Virus record (IMG/VR): IMGVR_UViG_3300015195_000003
Span: 1-49,980 of that record
Source: a virus
Reading direction: 5' to 3' (one strand)
Length of the DNA: 49,980 nucleotides
Shown here: one piece after another, positions 23,904 to 32,202 of the stretch
How positions within the stretch are numbered: position 1 is the stretch's first letter
Layout of the letters: each line of letters begins with the position of its first letter
Notes under the pieces: model-generated
Told to the model about the DNA's origin: nothing
What the model saw: the letters and a program-made list of their open reading frames with translations, nothing else
Database searches by the model: none
Translations under genes and position numbers: made by a program

Positions 23904-26612
23904 CTACAGTTTATTGTCCCGAGTACGCAATACGGACGAATTTTCTGCGTAATTAACATCAATCGGGTCTCTTGATTGCGATTGTTCGGTTCGACTTGTT
24001 TCTCCTTTAACTCGCAATGCTGTTCGATCTTTAATTAATCGCAAAATGGTTGGCAATGTTCCAATAACTGCTGGAACTAATTGTGAATAGATGAAGTACA
24101 GCCCATTTGTAAGATATTGCAGCCTTGGATAGTCGAAAACTGGCTGATTTGTTGGTTGTGCCCATTTATCAAGTTGCGCTACTTCTTTTTTCGTCAATTG
24201 GTTGTTGTCGATAAACAAGTTTGGATAGAAATATTGCAAGCGCTTTATGTCGGGGATAAATTCAGGCAATTTAAATTGCCATTTTGAAACATCGGGACGC
24301 TCTGCTTGTGTGAGTTGTTGCATATCGATAAAGAAAGACGGATAACCATATTGCAGGCGCGCAAGATCTCGGAATGTTTCGTCTAAAATTGGTCTAAACT
24401 TGTCTAAACTGACTCGCTCTTTAGACGTCAAATTCTTATTATCAGGGAATGTATACGGATAAAGATACTGCAATCTGATCAAATCTCTCCATTTCTCATC
24501 ATTTATTGGCAAAAACTTCGAAACATCCACTCGCTCTTTTTGCGTGAGTTGTTGCATGTCGATAAAAAGTGCTGGATAAGTATACTGTAGACGGGACAAA
24601 TCGCGGTACTTATCGTCCTGAATTGGTGCAAATTTATCAATGCTCACTCGTTCGCGCAAGCTCAGCACCTTGTTGTCAATAAAGGACGACTCATACAGAT
24701 ATTGTCGCTTTGGTGAAGCAAAAATATAGTCGTCGCGGATTGGTGCATATTTATCAGGCGAGATGATTACAGCCACCACTCGCGGGGTTAAAGGACTTGT
24801 TTCATAGAGATATTGCACTTTTTTAGTGTCGTAAATGAAATCGGGTCGAATCGGTGAAAACTTATCAACGGTGACTCTTTCCTTTAACGTCAAAAGAACG
24901 GTGTCGATGAAATCATGATCGTAAAGATATTGCAACTTCGGATAAGTTAGTATAAACGGTGGCATGATTGGTTGAAACTTGTCTATTTGTGGGCGCTCCT
25001 TCTTCGTCAATTGCAACACGTCAATAAAATCGTAATCATAAACATATTGTCTTTGTGGAAGTATTCGAAACGTGTCAGGTAAAATCGGTGCAAATTTATC
25101 AACTTGTGGACGCTCCGCCTTTGTCAATGTGATTGCATCCAAAAAGCTATGGTCGTAAAGATATTGCATTCGTGGAATTGAGAAAATAAAGTCTTGCCTG
25201 ATTGGTGCAAATTTATCGACTTGCGCTCTCTCCTTTTTTGTCATTTGTACGGTGTCGATGAAATCATGATCATAGCTATATTGTCGTTGTGGAATAATTC
25301 GAAAGGTGTCGGGCAATATTGGCGCGAACTTATCAACTTGCACTCGCTCTTTTTGGGTCAGAATCTTTTGATCCATTGAGAGCGATTCATACATGTACAT
25401 TGAATTGACACGCGACAAGGATGGTTGATTTGTTTGCGCCAAATAGCCTGCAGGGATCAAGCTAACTGGTGTTGAGTCAACCGATACCCAAAGCGTTGAA
25501 ATATCTGCTCGATTGGTTCCTGTTGTTGAGATGTTTACGCCAACTTGCGCCGTGTCCAAGAGTGCTTTTGTCCATGCGGCGGCATCTGGGTTTTGATACG
25601 TCACCAAAGGATAGTTTTTAGGAGCGGCATTGGCATTGGTTCCCCACGTTGTTGAGTTCGGCGTAATAGCGCTACTGGAAGAGACCGTTCCCGATGCGGC
25701 TTTTTTAATTCTTGCTTGAAACGCCGCAACTGCGGTGGCAACTGAGGCTCGATATCTCACTCCGACAGCGACAACGTTGATTGTGTCGCCTGCTCCGATA
25801 GAACTTGGCGTATCGGTCAAATTAAAGTCGTCAATATGACCTGAGGTAATATCTCCATTAAATGTCGTCACGTCGTCGGGTGTTACTTCGGATGCGCGAG
25901 TAAAGTTATTTGCCGAGCCTGCTGTTCCGCCTGTTTGTGTTGCAAATGCGTTATTGTCACCTGCCGCGTTTGGTTGTAAGTGAATAATTTGTCCGGCTCC
26001 TGGGAATGAGTTTTGATTTCCACCAGTTGCGTCGTTGATTGCAATGTCGTCAAAGTAAAAGTCACCAGCACTTGCCGCGTTTCCGTTAGCGTCGATATTT
26101 GCTCCTATGAGCAATTGATTAACGGTTTCCGTTGCGCCAGTTACGCCTGATTCGGTTGCAACGGTCACGCCGTCAACTAAAAGCGTAATGATATTGCTTG
26201 TTTTGAAGGTTCGAATCTCGATTCGATACCATTGACCAGTGACGAGCGTTTTAGATGAGGCTAAAACAGTTCCGTTGTTGTCTCCGAGTGAAATAAGACC
26301 CGCTGAGCTGAGAAGGACAAATGCCGAGTCGTTGGTGGCACTATTCCAAAGTGAAGCGATAAGTGTATTTCCGTTAGGAAGTGTCCCAGCGCGAAAGTAA
26401 AAACGAGCATAGATATCAGTTGAAAGATCAGTCGCTGAGAATTGATAGGAGAAGTATTTAGCAGTAGCGGCAACGATACTTGTAACTCGACCTGCAAAGC
26501 CACCTGTTCGAACGGTTGTGTTTTGGATTGTTGGAGATCCAACGATTGTGGTAAATTCCACGCCTGCAGTTACTGAGTTTAATTCAAAACCTGATTGCCA
26601 AAGTCTCGCCAT
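23904..26612 (-). CDS. Large virion protein: N-terminal LamG/concanavalin-like domain plus 11 tandem 39-aa repeats
   Basis: 902 aa. The N-terminus is MARLWQSGFELNS...GQWYRIEIR...LLVDGV (lectin-like jelly roll). The C-terminal half is periodic (see the repeat feature). Confidence 0.85.
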   Translation of the reverse strand: MARLWQSGFELNSVTAGVEFTTIVGSPTIQNTTVRTGGFAGRVTSIVAATAKYFSYQFSATDLSTDIYARFYFRAGTLPNGNTLIASLWNSATNDSAFVLLSSAGLISLGDNNGTVLASSKTLVTGQWYRIEIRTFKTSNIITLLVDGVTVATESGVTGATETVNQLLIGANIDANGNAASAGDFYFDDIAINDATGGNQNSFPGAGQIIHLQPNAAGDNNAFATQTGGTAGSANNFTRASEVTPDDVTTFNGDITSGHIDDFNLTDTPSSIGAGDTINVVAVGVRYRASVATAVAAFQARIKKAASGTVSSSSAITPNSTTWGTNANAAPKNYPLVTYQNPDAAAWTKALLDTAQVGVNISTTGTNRADISTLWVSVDSTPVSLIPAGYLAQTNQPSLSRVNSMYMYESLSMDQKILTQKERVQVDKFAPILPDTFRIIPQRQYSYDHDFIDTVQMTKKERAQVDKFAPIRQDFIFSIPRMQYLYDHSFLDAITLTKAERPQVDKFAPILPDTFRILPQRQYVYDYDFIDVLQLTKKERPQIDKFQPIMPPFILTYPKLQYLYDHDFIDTVLLTLKERVTVDKFSPIRPDFIYDTKKVQYLYETSPLTPRVVAVIISPDKYAPIRDDYIFASPKRQYLYESSFIDNKVLSLRERVSIDKFAPIQDDKYRDLSRLQYTYPALFIDMQQLTQKERVDVSKFLPINDEKWRDLIRLQYLYPYTFPDNKNLTSKERVSLDKFRPILDETFRDLARLQYGYPSFFIDMQQLTQAERPDVSKWQFKLPEFIPDIKRLQYFYPNLFIDNNQLTKKEVAQLDKWAQPTNQPVFDYPRLQYLTNGLYFIYSQLVPAVIGTLPTILRLIKDRTALRVKGETSRTEQSQSRDPIDVNYAENSSVLRTRDNKL
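24084..25361 (-). repeat. About 11 in-frame tandem repeats of 117 nt (39 aa), consensus LTxKERxxVDKFAPIxxDxFRxxxRLQYLYDxxFIDxxx
   Basis: Units anchored on VDKF/IDKF/VSKF/LDKF/VSKW/LDKW/PDKY, each with a QY-x-Y element. One unit is shortened. The period is also visible at the DNA level (ttatcaacttg-type motifs). Confidence 0.85.
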
Positions 26613-26618
26613 GCTTTT

Positions 26619-26627
26619 AGTTTACCA
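26619..26627 (-). promoter_or_regulatory. Extended -10 candidate TGgTAAACT
   Basis: The reverse complement reads tggTAAACTaaaagcATG. The ATG of the 902-aa gene lies 6 nt after the -10. Confidence 0.35.
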
Positions 26628-26641
26628 TCAGTGCATGAGGA

Positions 26642-26977
26642 TTAGAAAACAGGAATGTTGGGGTTTTTGCGTTGAATTTCATCAGCGAGTTTTTGATTTT
26701 CGTCGTGTTGCGCTTTATTTTGCTTTCCCTCAACGGTTTCGAGCCATTTTTCCATGAAAACACATTTTGTCATGCAAGCGTAACTGCCACAAAGCGTACC
26801 CGGGCATTTGGTGCAATAGCCTCGAAGTCGACCCGAGCCTGGAAGCACTGTCCACATCAAACCGCAATGGACGCATTGTGCGGTATAAAACTTGGTTTCT
26901 GATCCGTCAGCGTTGAAGAAAGTAATCTCGCCGTTGGGTTGTCGATGTTTATCAAATCCGTTAATCTCTGAGGCCAT
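26642..26977 (-). CDS. Cysteine-rich (zinc-ribbon-like) protein
   Basis: 111 aa with CVHC ... CTKCPGTLCGSYAC...C clusters. Confidence 0.6.
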   Translation of the reverse strand: MASEINGFDKHRQPNGEITFFNADGSETKFYTAQCVHCGLMWTVLPGSGRLRGYCTKCPGTLCGSYACMTKCVFMEKWLETVEGKQNKAQHDENQKLADEIQRKNPNIPVF

Positions 26978-26995
26978 GAGAAAATTATAACAAAA

Positions 26996-27256
26996 CTAAG
27001 CGGCGTGTGGAAGTTCTGCGTCTGGATATACTCTTTTGAAAGCGGCGTGGTAGCATTCTTTACAAACCTGTTTTTGCCTTGCGACAACTGCGGTTGTGCC
27101 GTTTTCTTGAACTGCGTCGACTTTTGATTCAGGAGAAACAAAACCAGTTCCTTGAACGCACTCAGGATAATCTGGAATGTCATTTCCGCAATCAGAACAT
27201 TTATTCTGGTCTGCGTGTGGTTTGTCTGATAATACTTTTGTTTCTTGATCACTCAT
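26996..27256 (-). CDS. Zinc-ribbon protein
   Basis: 86 aa with CSDC ... C ... CKEC. Confidence 0.6.
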   Translation of the reverse strand: MSDQETKVLSDKPHADQNKCSDCGNDIPDYPECVQGTGFVSPESKVDAVQENGTTAVVARQKQVCKECYHAAFKRVYPDAELPHAA

Positions 27257-27268
27257 ATTTTTATTATA

Positions 27269-27727
27269 CTATTCCTCAAACGCAATTGAAAAGGCATAGT
27301 TCGCGGTTGCGGATGCAACTGCTGACATTAAGGCCAAACCGTTTGCGGCTGTTGCTGGAATAACAATTTCACCTTGTGGATATGCAACCCATCGAAATGT
27401 TGCTCTCTGATTTTGTGGGAATTGCTGAGGGAATGAAGAAGCGGTCAAAGTCGGATTAACTGACCATGATGTATCAAGACCTGTTCCGAGATAAGCACCG
27501 TCTGCTGGGTCAAGCGCTAAAGGTGTAACAGTGGTTGACTGTGTACCTCTTGCTGTTGATCGTTGCAGTTGAAATTTAGCGGCGTTATCTGCTGGGGTTG
27601 CGTCAGATCCTGAAACGATTTCGTAAAGTCTAACTCTCTTGGAAGCAGATCCAACAAGGTTAAACATCGGCGCTACTGCCGAGACTGTGTTTGTTGCGTT
27701 TGTAGTTGCTCCGTATCTTGCTCCCAT
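27269..27727 (-). CDS. Structural-module protein (unknown role)
   Basis: 152-aa Ala/Thr-rich ORF with start context ACCTATGG. Confidence 0.65.
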   Translation of the reverse strand: MGARYGATTNATNTVSAVAPMFNLVGSASKRVRLYEIVSGSDATPADNAAKFQLQRSTARGTQSTTVTPLALDPADGAYLGTGLDTSWSVNPTLTASSFPQQFPQNQRATFRWVAYPQGEIVIPATAANGLALMSAVASATANYAFSIAFEE

Positions 27728-27740
27728 AGGTTATGTATTC

Positions 27741-27770
27741 AGTTTATCTTGATTCTAAACAGCTTGTCAA
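27741..27770 (-). promoter_or_regulatory. Promoter TTGACA-N18-TAAACT
   Basis: Read from the reverse complement. The ATG (27727) lies 13 nt after the -10. Confidence 0.4.
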
Positions 27771-27779
27771 TAGCTAAGG

Positions 27780-28142
27780 TTACGCCACGTAATCTTCATA
27801 GAGTAACGTGACAATGACATTTCGCACTGGAGTTTGATTTGCACTAAAAATAGGATTGATAGAAATAACATCAGCAAGCGGTGTCGAGATTGGAACGTTT
27901 GCGGCCGTTAACAAATCAAAGTTGGTTGTATTTACGGCAACGCCTGATTTTGTATACAGCGTATCGCCGTCCGCGTCTTTGATTGTCACTGCGACAGTTG
28001 CGGCTCCATCAACAGCGGCAGGTGTTTTAATTTTAACGCCGAGTAATCGACCGGAAAGAGATTTCGTTGGAGCGGTTGTTGGAACGGTGTTGTTCGTAGC
28101 ATCGCAAGCAATGGTGAATGGCAATTTGCGAATTCTTCTCAT
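27780..28142 (-). CDS. Structural-module protein (unknown role)
   Basis: 120-aa ORF. The ATG lies 6 nt after the upstream stop. Confidence 0.6.
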   Translation of the reverse strand: MRRIRKLPFTIACDATNNTVPTTAPTKSLSGRLLGVKIKTPAAVDGAATVAVTIKDADGDTLYTKSGVAVNTTNFDLLTAANVPISTPLADVISINPIFSANQTPVRNVIVTLLYEDYVA

Positions 28143-28148
28143 GATAGA

Positions 28149-28664
28149 TTAAACCTCTGGAGCCCTATTAGCGTCTTGTGCGCTTGGCAATGCTTCTTTG
28201 TTTGCAGTTGCGGCAGTTGCGGCGGCTTCTTTTGCCTTTATTTCCTCTTCGGTTAATTCTTTGCCGAATTCATCGTAAACTTTCGCGCGCGTTGTTGGCT
28301 CAGGTGTTGTGTCTTTTGGAAGCGTTACATCTTTGCCAGTTACAGGAGTGTTGTCTTTTGCTACTTTTTCGCCTTTATCGTTGACTGCTTCGCCCTTCTC
28401 TTCGAGTGCTTTCTTCTGCTCTGCTGTCAAAGCGGCTTCTGCAACATAGCCACCGTTTTTATTAACGTCGAATTTTTCAGTATGAGGAGCCTGTGGTGCG
28501 CTGGTGAATGAAACACCTTCGATTGAATCGTCAGAAAGCTTTGCTTCTTTAGCGGCAATCAAATCTTGCGCTGTTTTGTCGTCAATGTCGTGATAGGTCT
28601 GAAAAGGAATCAAATAAAATTCGTTGTATTTGATCTTTGAATTTTCGAGTATTGTGATCTTCAT
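28149..28664 (-). CDS. Structural-module protein with a charged Lys/Glu/Ala-rich C-terminal half
   Basis: 171-aa ORF. The ATG lies 18 nt after a GTCTAA box. Confidence 0.6.
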   Translation of the reverse strand: MKITILENSKIKYNEFYLIPFQTYHDIDDKTAQDLIAAKEAKLSDDSIEGVSFTSAPQAPHTEKFDVNKNGGYVAEAALTAEQKKALEEKGEAVNDKGEKVAKDNTPVTGKDVTLPKDTTPEPTTRAKVYDEFGKELTEEEIKAKEAAATAATANKEALPSAQDANRAPEV

Positions 28665-28671
28665 AATAATA

Positions 28672-28700
28672 ATTTAGCAGACTTAGACAGCGGTTGTCAA
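28672..28700 (-). promoter_or_regulatory. GTCTAA-box promoter: TTGACA-accgct-GTCTAA-gtctg-cTAAATT
   Basis: The -35 abuts the upstream stop (28701). GTCTAA at 28683-28688. The ATG (28664) lies 6 nt after TAAATT. Confidence 0.5.
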
Positions 28701-29297
28701 CTAGACTTGTGCTGTTATTTCGTCAGAAATGTAATAAAAAACAAAGTTTCTTGAAGCATTCGGTGCTGTGTTGGTTGTTACTAAGTTTTTTGCAACAGCG
28801 GCCGCATCTCCCACAACGGTTGCTCGTGTTGTTTCATACACTTTGTTTGCAGATCCTGAAAGGTATGCTCCAGCATCTCCGTTGAGAAGTCTTCGAGACA
28901 AACCAAGAGCGGCAGAGATACCAACGTTTAAGGTGGTAGCGGCGACAGTTGGCAAAACGATTGAGCTAACAGATGCAAAAGCGTTAAGTGTGAAAACAGG
29001 AACAGCGCCAGCAAGTGCAATCACTTCGGAAAGTGCATTTCCTCTTTTATCAAGTCCGTTAATGGTGACGTTTGCAGTTGTTGCACCGGAAGCGACGAGT
29101 TGCAGTTGTCTAGCGACATCAGGTTGTGCCACGAAAATGGTTACAGTGCCACCAGCCGCGAGAGATTGAGCGTTAAGCATGGATGTTGCATTTGCAGCTA
29201 AAGGAGCGGTAAATTTGTCAGCTACGACGTAGCCCTTTTTTGATTGAAAGGATTCGCCTGCGATTCGGTCTGTTTCATTGCGTTTGAAGTTAGGCAT
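28701..29297 (-). CDS. Head-associated structural protein (unknown role)
   Basis: 198-aa Ala/Thr/Val-rich ORF directly after the major capsid gene. Confidence 0.65.
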   Translation of the reverse strand: MPNFKRNETDRIAGESFQSKKGYVVADKFTAPLAANATSMLNAQSLAAGGTVTIFVAQPDVARQLQLVASGATTANVTINGLDKRGNALSEVIALAGAVPVFTLNAFASVSSIVLPTVAATTLNVGISAALGLSRRLLNGDAGAYLSGSANKVYETTRATVVGDAAAVAKNLVTTNTAPNASRNFVFYYISDEITAQV

Positions 29298-29302
29298 AGC
29301 AT

Positions 29303-30259
29303 TTAGTTAACAACTGTGGCGATCCACCAAGCGGCCTCCTTAGCAATAACATATTGCTGGTAGTATTGGCGAACACCGACCCAGTCACTAAATGCGTCTG
29401 GAGCAGGATCTCTCCAAGTAAGTGTTTGGCGAGCGCCTTTTTGCAGTGTGTAACCAAACGAAATAGCTCGGATTGCTGCTCGTGGGTTGATGTAAAGAAC
29501 CCATACATTTTTACCCCAAAGATATGAAATAGCGTCGGTTTGTGCTTCGTTTGCCGTGTTGTATACAGCATCAGGAATCAAAACTTGTCCTGAAATGTCA
29601 AAGATTTGTTTCAAAAGATCAGCGGTAACTAATCCGAGTTGTGAATATTTGATTCTCTCAAGAATTTGAGGGTGATTTCTCAAAACAGAATACACTTCGT
29701 ATGTGATGACCAAAGTGTTTGGTCTTTTACCAAGAATTGCTTTCTTTACACCGTCAACAGCGGTTCGAACATCTCCGATAGGGTCAGAGTTTGCATAATC
29801 GTCCCAACGTGCGGTTCCAGCCAAGGTTGTTTTGTTAGCTCCTGTGAAATTGGTTGAGCTTGTCATTTGAGTCAAAGCGTCGTTTTCTTTGTTTAAAACC
29901 ATTCTCTCAGTGACGTTGTTTGTTGCGTCGATGTCTGGGTCAAGTGGTGAAACTGCCTGGTCTCTTATTTCGTCTTCAACTCTTTGTTTGAGCATGTGAT
30001 CCAAAAGAGGGCCGTATGTTTGCTGAGTCAAACCGTACTCGACAACGTTTGCCTGTTGTCCGGGTGAACGCAAATCGTTAACGATGTGGAATTTCGATTT
30101 GTCGTAGACGAAGTAAAGACCTGTTCTGAATTTTACAGGAATCATTGGGAAGATAGAATCCGCAATCAAAACGTTTTCGTTATTGCTCCAAGCAATTGAT
30201 ACGTTTGAAAGTATTGCGTTTGCGTAAACTTGTCCTTGTAATGGTCCGATATTTGGCAT
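29303..30259 (-). CDS. Major capsid protein (HK97-fold expected; family not assigned)
   Basis: 318 aa. The position after protease/scaffold and the DUF2190 protein fits. The N-terminal ...IADSIFPMIPVKFRTGLYFVYDKSKF pattern is typical of major capsid families. Confidence 0.75.
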   Translation of the reverse strand: MPNIGPLQGQVYANAILSNVSIAWSNNENVLIADSIFPMIPVKFRTGLYFVYDKSKFHIVNDLRSPGQQANVVEYGLTQQTYGPLLDHMLKQRVEDEIRDQAVSPLDPDIDATNNVTERMVLNKENDALTQMTSSTNFTGANKTTLAGTARWDDYANSDPIGDVRTAVDGVKKAILGKRPNTLVITYEVYSVLRNHPQILERIKYSQLGLVTADLLKQIFDISGQVLIPDAVYNTANEAQTDAISYLWGKNVWVLYINPRAAIRAISFGYTLQKGARQTLTWRDPAPDAFSDWVGVRQYYQQYVIAKEAAWWIATVVN

Positions 30260-30265
30260 AATTTT

Positions 30266-30295
30266 ATTAAATATTAAACTCTAGTATTAAGTCAA
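30266..30295 (-). promoter_or_regulatory. Promoter TTGACT-N18-TTTAAT
   Basis: Read from the reverse complement. The capsid ATG (30259) lies 6 nt after the -10. Confidence 0.4.
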
Positions 30296-30298
30296 TGA

Positions 30299-30688
30299 CT
30301 AAGCGTGGTAGAAGTGTCCACCACTCATCATAACTTCAAATCGATCTCCTGAAACTGCTGATTCTAAAGCGATTCCGTAAACTTGGTCAGCGGCGGTTAC
30401 AGTTGTGATGAATTGACCTGAAGCGTTAACGGTAACACTATCACCCTTTGTGATTGTTCCACCGGCAATTGCGTAAGTCGTTGGTCCGAAAAGCAAAACG
30501 TGCGCTTCATCTCCTGCAGTCGGGTTGTTCAAAAGAATTCCGATTGCTTTCAGAGTTTGCGCGTTTGATAAAACGATCGAGTTAGCATTTGAGCCGTCGA
30601 GTGAAACACCGAGATATTGTTTCCCAGCGGCCGACAGGTCGTTTGTTGATAAAAATGTTCTTTCGCGTGATGGATTAAATACTCCCAT
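30299..30688 (-). CDS. DUF2190-like head protein (decoration/cement type)
   Basis: 129 aa. ...GDSVTVNASGQFITT...GIALESAVSGDRFEVMM resembles DUF2190, and its placement between scaffold and capsid is typical. Confidence 0.65.
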   Translation of the reverse strand: MGVFNPSRERTFLSTNDLSAAGKQYLGVSLDGSNANSIVLSNAQTLKAIGILLNNPTAGDEAHVLLFGPTTYAIAGGTITKGDSVTVNASGQFITTVTAADQVYGIALESAVSGDRFEVMMSGGHFYHA

Positions 30689-30691
30689 AGG

Positions 30692-31306
30692 TTATCTTTC
30701 TACTGCCGCAATTGGCAGATTTTTGTTATATTCGGCATAGAGTTGAGGATTCTCAACTGCTGCTCGACCGATTGCTTCGCTGTATGTCATGCCTTTGACT
30801 TTCTCCATTAACTCTTTTGCTTTGGTGTCCAAATCATTTCCTGCTTGTGATCCTGAAACTTCACGAGTTCCGCCTTTTTCGGTGAAGATTTCTTTCTCAG
30901 GAAGCGCTTTCAACTGAGCTTTGTATTTAGCGGCATTTTCCTCGGTCATTGTCATGAGCAAGTCAACTGCTGTGTCAATTTGATCGACTGGAAGTTTTGA
31001 TCCTTTATCGGAGAAAACCAATTCTTTCACTTCTTCTTTGAGTTCTGCTTTTCGGAGTTTTTCGTGTGCGAGTACGCCTTGACCTGCTTGTTTTTTCAGG
31101 GCTTCAACTTCTTCAGCGGCCATTATCACTTGACCTTCTGCGGCTTTAACGACTGGGGTTTCTTTTACTTCAGCTTTTTTGTCTTCTGCGAATCCTTCAG
31201 TTTTTGCTTCTGCAAATGTCAGCTCTTCTTTGTGAGCGACGACAAAAGCCTGCTCGTCGGATGTTCGAGTGGTCTTTTCTTTTGCGAGTATTGTTTTAAG
31301 TTCCAT
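30692..31306 (-). CDS. Possible nested scaffold protein from an in-frame internal start (gpZ-like)
   Basis: The internal ATG at 31306 sits in the same ACCTATGG context used by neighbouring structural gene starts. The product MELKTILAKEK... would be 204 aa. Confidence 0.4.
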   Translation of the reverse strand: MELKTILAKEKTTRTSDEQAFVVAHKEELTFAEAKTEGFAEDKKAEVKETPVVKAAEGQVIMAAEEVEALKKQAGQGVLAHEKLRKAELKEEVKELVFSDKGSKLPVDQIDTAVDLLMTMTEENAAKYKAQLKALPEKEIFTEKGGTREVSGSQAGNDLDTKAKELMEKVKGMTYSEAIGRAAVENPQLYAEYNKNLPIAAVER

Positions 31307-31900
31307 AGGTTTTTTGTCAGAGCTGTTGTTTTCTAGCTCTAGGAAAAGCGTAAAGGATTTATTTTCGCCTGTCAATAGGGCATTTTGCTCAGCTTCATTT
31401 CCTGCCTCGTTCATCATCAGCGGAGGCAAATCTTTCTTAAACATTGGCTTGTTTACGAGTCCTCCTCCTGTCATCACGTTGTTGAGTCGGACGTCGGTAT
31501 TTTCAGGATCTGCATATCTCGGATGGAACTCGGGAGAATAGAATTTATAAATTTTATCCTTCAGCAACTGTTTGCCCAGCGTTGTCCACTCGATATCTCC
31601 GTAACCGCCATCCTCTTCGGCTGAAATTGATTTGATCCAACCAGCGGCGGCGTCTTTGTGCGATGTGGTTCCGTGTTCGACGTCGATTGGAAGTCCAGCG
31701 TCTTTACCGCCAGCTCTAATTCCCTCGTTGAAGTGTTGTGCCATTTCTTCGATTGCTTGCTTGGTGATGTTTACTTCGCCGTATGATCGGGTTTTGTATT
31801 TCCCGACTGGCACGAGTTTTATTTTGCTTGGTGGTTCCCCATTGTCGCCTTCGGCAAAAGCCATTACGTCGATGAGTGGTCGAATTCCTGAAATTTTCAT
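30692..31900 (-). CDS. Mu gpI-like prohead protease with a C-terminal scaffold region
   Basis: KLVPVGKYKTRSYGEVNITKQAIEEM...LPIDVEHG...AAGWIKS matches the Mu-like prophage protein I pattern. The C-terminal half is charged and coiled-coil-like. Confidence 0.75.
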   Translation of the reverse strand: MKISGIRPLIDVMAFAEGDNGEPPSKIKLVPVGKYKTRSYGEVNITKQAIEEMAQHFNEGIRAGGKDAGLPIDVEHGTTSHKDAAAGWIKSISAEEDGGYGDIEWTTLGKQLLKDKIYKFYSPEFHPRYADPENTDVRLNNVMTGGGLVNKPMFKKDLPPLMMNEAGNEAEQNALLTGENKSFTLFLELENNSSDKKPMELKTILAKEKTTRTSDEQAFVVAHKEELTFAEAKTEGFAEDKKAEVKETPVVKAAEGQVIMAAEEVEALKKQAGQGVLAHEKLRKAELKEEVKELVFSDKGSKLPVDQIDTAVDLLMTMTEENAAKYKAQLKALPEKEIFTEKGGTREVSGSQAGNDLDTKAKELMEKVKGMTYSEAIGRAAVENPQLYAEYNKNLPIAAVER

Positions 31901-32050
31901 AGGTCTGAGAATATCTTGCAGAGTTTTCCAGCGCTTGTCAATATCCGTTAACGGAAAAATCTAAAACGAAAAAAGGGAGTGTGCGAACAAACTTTTTCAA
32001 AAGTGAAAAAGTGACTCTTCTCTCTTCCTTCTATTTATATTCCCTCTAGA

Positions 32051-32099
32051 CGTACTTTGTTCGAACAATGTTCGTACCAACTTCGAACATGATACGAAC
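32051..32099. repeat. Cluster of nested inverted repeats built on TTCGAAC/GTTCGTA
   Basis: 12-bp palindrome ttgttcgaacaa (32057-32068). atgttcg (32068-74) pairs with cgaacat (32084-90), and gttcgta (32070-76) pairs with tacgaac (32093-99). Another cgaaca lies at 31984. Confidence 0.7.
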
Positions 32100-32202
32100 T
32101 TAGGCACAAAAACAGTCAAAAAGCATTAAAAAAAGTCTATCAAACTATATCAAAAAAAAGTTGAGAAACAAGAAAAAAGTTGTTTAAAAAAATAATAAAA
32201 AG

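Noticed and set aside
24084-25361. A regularly spaced 117-nt periodicity that could be mistaken for a CRISPR-like or satellite array
   Set aside because: The repeats are degenerate at the DNA level, have no repeat/spacer alternation, and are in frame within one long ORF. They encode a conserved 39-aa unit, so this is a protein tandem repeat.
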